A DNA stretch of 64,000 nucleotides, from NCBI RefSeq assembly GCF_006345805.1, contig NC_042998.1:139810001-139874000 (forward strand). Reading direction: 5' to 3'. Each line of letters opens with the position of its first letter. Positions within the stretch are counted from its first letter, which is position 1. This DNA comes from Octopus sinensis (Eukaryota). Shown here piece by piece: positions 52,210-64,000 of the stretch. The position numbers and the translations under genes were made by a program. The notes under the pieces are model-generated. The model was not told where the DNA came from, did no database searches, and saw only the letters and a program-made list of their open reading frames with translations.

Positions 52210-52768
52210 TATACATACATACATACACATACATGATGGGCTTCTTTCAGTTTCTATCTACCTAATCCACTTGCTAGGATTTGGTTATCCTGAGGTTAGA
52301 GTAGAAGACACTTGACCAAGTTGCCACACAGTGGAACTGAACCCAAAATTGTGTAGTTCAGAATCAAACTTGTTAATCACATAGCCAGCAAAAAAATTAA
52401 TATGATGATAAATATGAAGGAATACAATAATGAATAAATAAATAGGTATTGAATATAGAAAATCTGTAAAGGATAGAGGAAAATGAATAGGAAATGATGT
52501 CTATTTGCTGTGCGAAAAAGGTAAGATCTGAATATCAAAATCAACTGCTTGTATATAAAGGAGAAATATCTTCCCTGGTGAGGACATTCACCTGAAGGAT
52601 GGGGGCTGGGTTGAAATCTGTCTTGTATCTTTTATTTCAGATGAAAATGAAGATAAAACTTGGGATTTTACAATGACAGGTCTTAGAGATACTAAATTAG
52701 AAAATCTGTAATGTGATATTTCTTTTTACTACAGATTTATTAAAGACATCACCATGAGAAAATAAAGA

Positions 52769-52991
52769 TTAACTTTTAAGTATTTAAACTGACTATATAT
52801 CTGGCCAAAATATTCTACCTGTTTCGTATTCAAACTAGCCATATCTGGCCTCTCGCACTTATCCTACAATGTTATTCTATAAATATATGCTCATGTCATT
52901 GAAATTTTAAAGCTACAAGATAATGCATGACTAATTGAAATCAATGTGAATAACTGAGCTTGACGGAGTTGTCTGAATGCAAAAGGGTTAA
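52769..52991. mobile_element. piggyBac-type MITE
   Basis: TTAA-flanked; same internal sequence as 13413-14222. Confidence 0.7.
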
Positions 52992-53847
52992 GACTGGCAG
53001 TGGTAGCAACAGGGATGACAGGAGCTGAGAAGGAAGAGGAGAAGTGAAAGCTGGGAGAAGAGAGAGCTGTATCAGAACTTAGCAGGTACTCATTTTCATC
53101 TGAGTAGATAGGTGCAATGTGAAATGAAGTGCCTTGCTCAAAGAAACGAGAAGCTGCCCTATCCAGGAATCAAACCCATGACCTTGTGATTGTGAGCTCA
53201 TAGCCAGTAACCACCTGGCCATGTGCCTTCTCTAGTACTCTTGTGATGTAAAGAAATTTAACTGTTATTTCTTATAGGTGAACAACCCTATAGAGTACCA
53301 TAGTTAGCTCATCTCTCACTAGATTATACCCACAGTTGTATTTGAAGTTTATACTACGGTATTTGAAGTTTATACTTGGTTTGTAGTCCTGTGTGGTACC
53401 TATTATCAGTTAGGTAGATTGAGCCAATGAGATTTAAGCCTATTAGTTATAAATACACCACTGTGTCGGTGATGTATTATGAATTGCTGATACTTTGATG
53501 AGAAACCTGACAAACCTATTAGGATTTGAAGTTCTGAGTTCAAATTCCATCTCTTTGCAGCAGGAAAATGAATTTTTGCAACCCAGCTAACCATGTTTAG
53601 CTTTTAATGCCTGATATAGAGTAGTGTGTCAATTACATCAGCATCTCAGCTACATGAATAAAACAATTGGACTATACAAAAATCTTTTATCTATTATCTT
53701 TTACAAGGTTGTTGTCAGTTCAAATATGCTTGGGGCACATTTGAACCTGTGAGAAAGCCATTCGCTGTGTTTTTTTTATGGAAAAAATTTCTTGTGGTAG
53801 ATAAATAGTGTAAATACACCAAAAATCAGCTCATAGCATCACCTACC

Positions 53848-53900
53848 CTGACTATGATGCAAGCATTTCAGAGTGGTTATCTCCTCTTCAGTCACAGAAC
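53848..53900 (-). ncRNA. Candidate minimal hammerhead ribozyme between direct repeats
   Basis: Minus strand: CTGAAGA ggag-ataacca-ctct GAAA tgc-tt-gca TC; stem I register ambiguous. Confidence 0.45.
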
Positions 53901-55024
53901 CTGGGCTGGGTGTATCGTGAATATCATAAGAGAGATTGTCTCTCTTATGATATTCCTGTCAACATTCAATCACTGGTAATACCATTCGGTGGCTCACTGC
54001 AAACAAATTATGGGATGGCAGTACCAAGCAGTGATGTGTATAAATACAAGGTTATTTCCAGTTCAAATATGCTTGTAGCATATTCAAACATGTAAAAAAG
54101 TCATTTACTGTGTTTCGTCAAGGAGAAAATTTCTCACTATTGACAAATAGGTGTAAATACACCAAAAATCAGCTCATAGTCCTTATGTGTTACAGTCATT
54201 GAACTGTGGCCATGCTGGGGCACAACCTTGATGAGTTTGAATAAATCAACCCACCCCACTGCTTATATTTTTAAGTTTGGTACTCATTCTGTTGGTCCTG
54301 TCTTGCTGAACCACTAAGTTATGGAGACATAAACAAACCAACACCTGTTAGTCAAGCAGCAGTGGTGGAACAAATGCAAACACACACATTCACACTCTCC
54401 TTTTGCTTTCTTGCAAACTTACCTACCCACTCACCCTATCCAATCCTCTTTATTACTTCACTTATATACATCTCTCTGTAACTTGAGGGACACACCCCAA
54501 CATCTTCTTTCTCTCTCTCTCTTCAACTAAGGTAGTCATGTGTTTCCTCCACTGCAAGACACCTGTTTCTGTCCCTCAATACTCTAGCCTCTCATCACCT
54601 AGCCCAAAGCCAACTCCCTCAATACAACATCCCTCTCTCTCATTCTCTCTGTCCATGGGTCTTGCCTTGTAAGCTTCTTGGAGAACTTGCTGCTGTCACG
54701 TAAAAAGCACCCACTACACCCTGTAAACTGATTAGCATAAGGAAGAGCATCCAGCCGTAGAAACCATGCCGATGATGATGATGATGATGATGATGAATGA
54801 ATCTTTTTTTCTACCTTTTTTTTACTTGTTTCATATTGAGGTACCACTTGAAGAATTTTGGTCAAATGAATTGACCCCAGCACTTTTATTTTAAAGCTTC
54901 GAGCTTATTCTATCAGCCTTTTTTTTTTTTACCAAATCACTATGTTATGTGGACATGAACAAACAAACACTGGTTGTCAAGCAATGGTGGAGGACAAATA
55001 CAGATGCAAAGACACACATAGCTA

Positions 55025-55063
<39 letters not shown>

Positions 55064-55068
55064 ATACC

Positions 55069-55106
<38 letters not shown>

Positions 55107-55171
55107 ATATATTATATATATATATATAATATATATATATTATAAATAATACATATATATATATAATATAT

Positions 55172-55245
55172 ACCAAGGAATTTCCGAGCCGATGATAGAA
55201 ATGTTGTTTTGATAATCTGAAACGTACGTTCTCGAATAACCTTAG
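55172..55245 (+). ncRNA. Candidate hammerhead ribozyme, core-mutated
   Basis: cgag CCGATGA ... GAAA cgtacg TT ctcg with a palindromic stem III and an extendable stem I. Confidence 0.4.
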
Positions 55246-55413
55246 CATTTGATTTTTCGATGTCATTACCCCCAAACTTTTGTGAGTTAAATTATGCAAA
55301 CACTATATATGAGAGAGATTCTTAAGTATTAGAAATAGCCTTAAAAAAGTTTTTTAGCTGCTATTTCTAATGAGTTCAGTATGCGGCAAGTAATTTATTT
55401 TACTAAGCCCTTT

Positions 55414-55446
<33 letters not shown>

Positions 55447-56041
55447 CATGCATATATGGCTACAGGACGTCACAAAACGTCTCTTGTCCTTTTTCTAATT
55501 CCTTTTTTCTCCCCTTCACCGTTTTCTATCTGTCTCTCTCTCTCATTGCTCACACATAACTATCATCCATCTTTCTTTTCCTCACATGATCATCTTTCTT
55601 TTCCTTCAGGGCTGTCATAATGACTGCACATATCCTATTTATCTCTCCTATCTTTTCTCTTGGCAAAGAAAATATTTCTTCAGTATTCACTATTTTACCC
55701 TCTAACGGCCCTCTATGTTTGTTTTTGTCCAGTTTCCTTGTATGTCTCCACTGTCCTGTTTTTGTTACCAACTTTGACCCTTCATAAATCCCAAATTTTA
55801 TTTTGGCTTTTGTAGGAGCAGCTGCCTTCAAAGACTCATATTGTTGTTCAGTGTTTGAAATGACGAGTAGATGGACAGCCGACAACTAAAGAAGGGTCGT
55901 TCTTTATGTTACTTGTCCTGTTTCCCATTTGTTTCTCTCGTTGTTTGTGCATTCAACTCATTTGTTTTCATATTTCATGTTGTTTACAGTTTGTGACATC
56001 CTGTACCAATATATGCATATACATATATATATATATATATA

Positions 56042-56098
<57 letters not shown>

Positions 56099-56157
56099 TA
56101 ATTGAATGCAATACATCCAATTCCAAGTATATGTATATATATATATTATATATATAT

Positions 56158-56189
<32 letters not shown>

Positions 56190-56969
56190 ATGGGCTGCTT
56201 TCAGTTTCTGTCTATCCAATCCACTCACAAGGCTTTGGTTGGCCCAAAGCTATAGTAGAGAACATTTTCCCAAGGTGGCATGCAGTGGGATTGAACCTGG
56301 AAGATTGTGGTTGAGAAGCAAACTTCTTACCACATAGCTACACCTGTGCCTTGCATAAGCATCTCTCTATATATATGATGGATTTCCATACTGTTTCTGT
56401 CTACCAAATTCACTCACAAAGCATTGGTCAGCACCAAGACTAGAATAGAAGACAGTTGCCCAAAGTGCTGCATACTGGGACTGAATCTGAAACCACATGG
56501 TTGCAAAATAAGCTTCTTAACTGCACAGCTTTGTCTGCACCGGAAGATAAAAGACAGAAGATAAAAATCTACATCACTTCTTTCATCTTTTAGCATTGCT
56601 CTTTCTGTAACCAGCATATCTCTTTTATGTCTGTAGTTTTTGTAATTTAACCATCTTATCATTTTCTTTTGTGTTTTTTCATTGTTCAACCACAGTGTAC
56701 CTTGGATTATATTATCCAATATCCCCTTCTTGCCTTTGTTTTTTGTTTTCTTTTGCAAATTGTGATGTATGAATTAACCCTTTAGCATTTAAACCAGCCA
56801 AATGCAGCCAAATCCAGTCCAAATTTTCTACACATTCTATGTTCAAACTGACCAGATTTGGTCTCTCACACTTACCATACAATGTCCATCTAAAAATATA
56901 CAAATACATCATTTGAAATCTTGAAACTGTGAGATAATGCATGTTTCAAACCAATTTGAATAAACATCC

Positions 56970-57200
56970 CAACCTGTGGTGTTTGAGATGTTTGGAGGGA
57001 CTGGGCTACTAACCGTGAAGTTCTTGTCATCATTGGCAGCTTGCCTCACCGAGGTGTCAGGTGATGCTTGTGAGGGCACTTGGCTTTCCCTATGTCTCAG
57101 CCTCACCATCGCTCATGGTAATGCTGTAAACATGCTGGCTTGCTTCAGTAGGTTCCGTTGAACCGTCTGGTGTGCAACCAATTGAAGTACTTGGTGCTAC
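56970..57200 (+). mobile_element. CRE-clade non-LTR retrotransposon 3' fragment
   Basis: PVVFEMFGGTG..TVKFLSSLA...SGD..EGTWL...LSLTIAHGNAVNML matches the RLE ending PxxxETxGxxG...LSxAIQRGNA. Confidence 0.75.
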
Positions 57201-57344
57201 AGGGATGTTTTTTCTCCTTCTTCTCTTTTTCTTTTTTTCTCTTCCTTTCTGCTTTTTCTGCTTTTTTTTCTTTTCTTTGTCTTTCTTTTTGTGAAACTTA
57301 TATCATGGAAGAATCATGACTATTGTTTAGGATTTGTATTTTAA

Positions 57345-57740
57345 CATCATCATCATCGTTTAATGTCTACTTTTCATGCTAGCATGGGTTGAACAATTTA
57401 CCTGAGGACTGGCGAACCAGATGGCTGCACCAGACTCCAATCCAATCTGGCAGAGTTTCTACAGCTGGATGCCCTTCCTAACACCAACCACTCCAAGAGT
57501 GTAGTGGGTGCTTTTACATGCCACTGGCACGAGGGCCAGTCAGGCAGTACTGGCAATGGCCACGTTCAAGTGGTGTTTTTTACGTGCCACTGGCACAGGA
57601 GCCAGTCCAGCAGCACTGGCAACGACCTCCCCGCTCGAATGTTTTGCATGTGCCACCTGGCACAAGTGCTAGTAAGGCAACGGTGGTAATGATCACATTT
57701 GAATGGTACTTTTTACGTGCCACCAGCACGGAAGCCAGAT
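57345..57740 (-). mobile_element. Family C copy with internal ~60-bp repeats
   Basis: (CAT)n tail, core, four tgccac-containing units. Confidence 0.8.
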
Positions 57741-59510
57741 TTGTATTATTCATATATCATATACATACGTGTTATATATGTAATAAAAGTATTCAATATT
57801 TTGATAGAATAATCTGCTGCTATATCCAGCATGTCAAGCACAACATAGCTCATTAAACTTATTACTTTTAGTTTCTTTTATTGTTTTCAGCTCTCTTTCA
57901 ACCTTCTACCATTGTCCCAACTACAACTAGCCCTTCCTCTACATGCAAAGTATATCAGCCTTTATGTAGTCGTACAAAGAAGCAAAGCGTTGTGACCTCC
58001 ACATCCTCCCTGTATTATAGACGTCTTTATAGTTCACTGATTGTAGTTTAAATGATGAACTGAATTTAAAAAGAAAACGAAACAAAAAAAAAAAAAAGAG
58101 AAGAAGAAGAAGAAATCACTGCAAACTAGAATAATCCCAATTTGACCAGCAATCCAAAGGTTACCAGTTTCGATCTCACCTGTGGAACTTTAGAATTCAA
58201 ATGTCTGTTTATTTTCTACACCAATATATATTTGTATACATACATACATACATACATACATACATAAAAACATATACATGCATGGATACATACAAACACG
58301 CTTGCTTACATGCATGCCCACATACATACATTCATGCATACCTCAATGCATGCATACATACACATGCATATACACACTCACATATACATGCACACACTGA
58401 CATGTAGTTATACATATAAATACGATTCATGTATATAAATTTATTGATACATACAAATAGCAAGATACATATAAACTTTATCTATTTATCTATCAATGTT
58501 ATGCCTTTATCTGCTGCACTTACACAAACCCACCACATAAACACTTGTATTCCAACATTTATACTTATATAAAACATATGTAAAGCAATAATATATATGT
58601 ATGCGAGATATGTGTATATACATGCATATATATATATATATATATATACTTTTATCTTATGTAGATATATTTTATATATGTTCATATATATCTATATCTA
58701 TATCAATATATATATATATATATATATAAGTGTGTGTGCATTATATGTGTGTAAGTCTGTGCGTACACAAATACATAGATGCAAACAAACATAAATTATA
58801 AATACTTCACGAAACAGAGACATGCTTAACACACACACATACACAAACACACGCGTGTGCACATACACACACGCGTGCACACACACATACACAGATACAT
58901 ACGCAGACATGCACACAACAAGACCTATAGATTGTTTAGTTTTATGCAACTTATTGCAACGTGTATTCATCAATGATGAACAGCGATTGTCGTTTCCTTT
59001 GCAGAGAGAATGAGAGAGAGAGAAATAGAAAGAGACACACAAAGAGAAAGAGGGAAAGAGAGAGAGAGAGAGTGACAGACAAATAGATAGATAGAGAGAC
59101 GTAGAAAGAGACAGAGAGATCTGCAACTGGCAATATGACGGCAAAATTTACCCCCCCCCCCCGCCTCCCACCAAAACAAGAAAGAAAGAGGTATACTTCT
59201 ATATACTACTTCCTCTGCCTTCTCCCTCCCCCTCCTCCTCCTTTTCTTCTTCTTCTTTAATATAAAAGAATATCATAATTGGAGTAATTCTTCAAAACAA
59301 ACTTCAAACCAGCAATTTCCAATGTGTTCACTTGATTTAACATCCAGCTCACTTTTAATGCTCAGGCCTCTCCCATCATTGCCAACATCAATGAGGGTTT
59401 CAGCAAACCACCAATTTAGCCATCAAAGAACTTCTGTAATCCATTTCTTTTTGAATCTCTTATATTCAAAGCAAGAGAGAAGAGAGAAAGAGGATATATA
59501 TACATACAAT

Positions 59511-59556
<46 letters not shown>

Positions 59557-59931
59557 CACATGTGTGTCTATCTATATATATATATATATAATGTATGTAT
59601 ATGTGGAAAATATAAATAAATGAAAATGAAAGGAAACAACGAGATGGAAAAGAAAAAAAGAAATAATGTGAAGAAGTAAAACAGTGAAAAAACAAACAAA
59701 CACATAAACAATAAAAAGATCTATTCACAACAGATTTTTCTAGAACCTACCGTAACCTCCCCCACTCATGTTCCTTTCAAGCTTAAACTGGCTCCTACCC
59801 CACAATCTCTGTGGCTCACCCACCCATCTATTCAACCACTATTGATGTTAGACATCACTTTTACCGAGTAGAAGAAATACATATATATATATGTGTGTGT
59901 ATGTATGCATACATATATATATATATATTTG

Positions 59932-59963
<32 letters not shown>

Positions 59964-61381
59964 AATGAAATATTTTTAAAACAACAATAACAAAAACAAG
60001 AGATGAAAAAAGGGGGAAAATGAGAAAAGAGAAAGAGAAGGAAGACAAAAGAAAAAACCCCTGAAAATATCTATATAGATTAGCAGTTAATGTTTGTAAA
60101 TGTATATGAAAGACGTTAGGGTGAGGTAGAAACAAGCTTTACTCGATTCAGGCAGAAGAGCAAAAAGAACATATATATATATATATATATCTAATATGTA
60201 TATATGTATGTATGTATACGGAAGGGAAGAAAAAGGACAAATAATATATTACGTATGTACATGATGATATAATGAAACGAGAGGGAGAAAGGGGAAAAAA
60301 ATATGACAAGAACACCCAAATTGTAAACTTTGTGAATGTTTGAATCGGGTGCATGCGGTGGTGATTGATGGTAGGGAGTGGGGAGAGGGAGGGAGAAGGT
60401 TGTCAGGGTGATTATGAAAAAAAAAAAATAATGATGATGATGAAGTAATAAATAAAAAGAAGAGAAATGAAAAATCGAAAGAAAGTTTGGAGAAGAGAGA
60501 CATTTTTGATAAGAGTAAGACAGAAGTTAGAGATGGTAAGACGGAAAGAGTGAAAGAAGGCAAGCTTGAAAAGAGGAAGAAAGAGAGGGAAACAGCTTTG
60601 AAGGAAGAATTAAACAGGAAAATGAGGGGGAAAAAAGAAAGAAAAAACAGGTGGAAAGCTTCAAAGGGAGTAAAGAAAAAGAAAAAAATAGGGACAAGTT
60701 GTAAAAGAGAAATAGAGATGGATAGAGAAAGAGCTTGAAAGAAAGACTGAAAGAACTAAAAGAAAGGTAGAAAGTGAGAAGAAAATAATAGCCAAAAAAG
60801 TAAAGAGAGAGTGAGAAGAGAAAGAGAGACAGAGACAGACAGACAGAAACACAGAGAAAGAAAAAAAGGAAAGAAAAAATATGGAATGCTTGAAAGAGGG
60901 AAAGAAAAGGTAATAAGATAGAGATATAGAGAGAAAGTAAGAAAGATTTGAAATACAAAGCAGAATATGCTAGTGCAGAAAACAAAAAGAAACAAACCCC
61001 AAATCAGCTATTGATGTCAAAAATCTTACTGAGTTTTCAGGAAGTAAAGTTAAAGGATCTTGTTCAAAGAGAGAAAATATTGCTTGAACAGAAAAATGTT
61101 GCTGGAGTGAAGATCTCATTCATTTTCTTCGTTCATTCACTCTTTCTTTCTTTCTTTCTTTCTTTCATTTTACTTTACTTTCCTCAGTTCGCTCTCTCTT
61201 TCTCGCACTCACTTTCTCTCTTTATCTGTCTACTTTATTTGTTTTTTTATGATTTATGTTTTGTCAACGAACGGTGCAATAACTAAAAATATAGAGGAAA
61301 AAAATAGCAAAAAAATAAAAAACAAGATTGGTGATGCTCTATAGAATGAAATGCATGAAACTGAGCTGCAAACATAGCAAC

Positions 61382-61413
61382 TTAACTTTGCATAGCATGC
61401 TGGGACTGTGAAA
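61382..61413 (-). CDS. Candidate alternative terminal exon (xSQSQHAMQS*)
   Basis: Acceptor aattctttttctag, phase 1 like the 38426 acceptor. Followed by about 3.5 kb of TE-free sequence with AATAAA (minus) near 58440 and 57877. Confidence 0.35.
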
Positions 61414-61685
61414 CTAGAAAAAGAATTACACACACACACACATGCACATACACACACACAAAAACATGCATACATATACACATATACATTGAAAATAAAA
61501 AGATATAAATATGATGCAAGAACAAAAAAAAATAATAAATGTATAAATAAATAAAAAGAGTAAAATGGAATAGAAATATATTCATAATTCTTGACGAATT
61601 GCCGAAATATCAATCATCGTGTTTATTCAAGGGTATAGAAAGAAATATTATAACCTTGCAAGCAGAATTTAAACAGGATATCTGC

Positions 61686-61719
<34 letters not shown>

Positions 61720-61800
61720 ATATATATATGGGTATGTATGTAGTATTGATTCACACACACATACCTACAAATAATCCAAAAACTATACACAAACATTTAC

Positions 61801-61861
<61 letters not shown>

Positions 61862-62316
61862 TATGTATGTATGTATATGCACTTATATAAAACCATATGT
61901 ATCTATATATAATGGATGAATGGTTCTTCTTCATTCAACAATCAGGATTCAGTTGTTCAATTAACCGAATTACCTGCCCCTGAATTAACATGCAAGTGGC
62001 TGAGTATTCCACAGATATATATACTATTAACATAATTCTCTAGCAGAATCAATATGACACAGTGTGTGACAAGCTGTACCTTTTAAGTTACAGGTGCAGT
62101 CAACACAATGGGCTTCTATGCTGTTTCCTTCTACTCAATCTCACAAGAGTATGGCTTGAGTTGAGGTTATAGTAAGTTACATTTACTCAAGATTCCTCAC
62201 CATGGGATCAAATCTGGGACTTTGTAGTTGTAAAGTAAACTTCTTAATCATCTGGCCACACTGTGCCTACACATACAGAGTTGAGACAATTTAAAATTAA
62301 AAGAAATTTAAGAAAG

Positions 62317-62853
<537 letters not shown>

Positions 62854-63816
62854 TGGCTTGAGGGCTAGAATCTTTGGCCCTCCATTCAAATGGATACTTA
62901 TGGCTAAGCAACAATAGCAATTCCTTCTGTTATATACCCCATGTGGTTAAGCAGAGAGTATATTGGTGTCATGTAGTCAGTCAGCAATAGGATTCAGCAG
63001 TTACCATGTGGTAGGATAACCAGTTTGGCAGAGTCAGAGAAAAGAATCTCACTAGGAGTAAATAGGAATTATATACCAGGCAACTTTTCATAGCTCATTT
63101 AGGTTTGGGTCTACTTGTTACTAAATATATACATATGTCATTGACATCATCATAATGCCCAGTTTTCCATGCTTGCATGGGTCAGAAGGACTTTATTGAG
63201 GCATATTTTCTATGGATGGATGCTCTTCCTGTCACCAAGCCTCACCTGTTTCCAAGCAAGGTAATATTTCCCTATGGCTAAATATATTTTCCCACAGAAG
63301 ACTGGAAACAAACAACATCACTTGTATGATGGTGACATCATTTACATCCACTACATGATGTCAAGACAAGAGGACACAAACACATACACACATACAAATA
63401 CATATAAACATGACAGGCTTCTTTCAGTTTCCATCTATCAAGCCCATTAATAAGGGCTTGGTTAGTCCAGGGCTAGAGTAGAAGACACTTGATATAAAAC
63501 CGTTTGATTCAGTGACACAAATCGGCTGTTTTGAGGTTAAACTCATAATTCTACATAAATAATATACTCATATATATTTCCTGTCCAACTGAGACCGATA
63601 GTATAAGTACTAGGCTTACAAAGAATAAGTCTTGGGGTTGATTTGTTCGACTAAAGGTAGTGCTCCAGCATGGCCAAAGTCAAATGACTGAAACAAGTAA
63701 AAGAGTATATATACATATATTGATAAAAATGGTAAGACCACAAAAGAATGAAAGAGACCTCGATATTATGTAAATAGAGTATTTATCTGTAAATGTAATA
63801 TGTGACGATTATTCGG

Positions 63817-63923
63817 TAGCTATGATAAAACTCCGAGTTTTGGATGTTGAGGTAGAAAGCCACGCTGCCATCTCTTCAGTTATCCAGCCATCGGAAAAAA
63901 AACTCAGAGTTTTACCATGGCTA
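63817..63923 (-). ncRNA. Decayed type III-like hammerhead fold in a repeat
   Basis: 22-bp imperfect outer stem, CTGAAGA core, gatg/catc stem II; GAAA box mutated. Confidence 0.4.
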
Positions 63924-64000
63924 ATATATATATATATATATAAGCATAAGTACATGTGTGTGTGTATACATATACACATATATATCAGGTCATTAAGAAT

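Noticed and set aside
60249-60995. Lys/Glu/Arg-rich and Phe/Leu/Ser-rich ORFs
   Set aside because: Low-complexity purine-rich tract.

Overview
AT-rich, repeat-dominated animal genomic DNA. The SINE/LINE families and the (TA)n, (CA)n and (CAT)n tracts look like those of an octopus (coleoid cephalopod); this is recognised from memory, not searched. Most entries in the ORF track are microsatellite or repeat artefacts. Host coding sequence is sparse. A + strand terminal exon (3915-4142) resembles the C-terminus of germ cell-less (GMCL1). It converges on the 3' end of an unidentified - strand gene with a 108-nt exon at 38319-38426, a terminal exon at 23580-23608 and a possible alternative terminal exon at 61382-61413. 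The rest is nested TE debris: tRNA-derived SINEs, RTE, CR1-like, R4-like and CRE LINE fragments, a Penelope GIY-YIG relic, two mariner relics, hAT/piggyBac/Tc1 MITEs and a structurally complete non-autonomous Helitron. The most interesting unexplained signal is a set of hammerhead-ribozyme-like motifs (10866, 53848, 55172, 63817, plus decayed ones at 44521 and 52572) in short non-coding repeats with direct or inverted terminal duplications. These suggest several families of non-autonomous Penelope-type/retrozyme elements. All coordinates and translations were made by eye.
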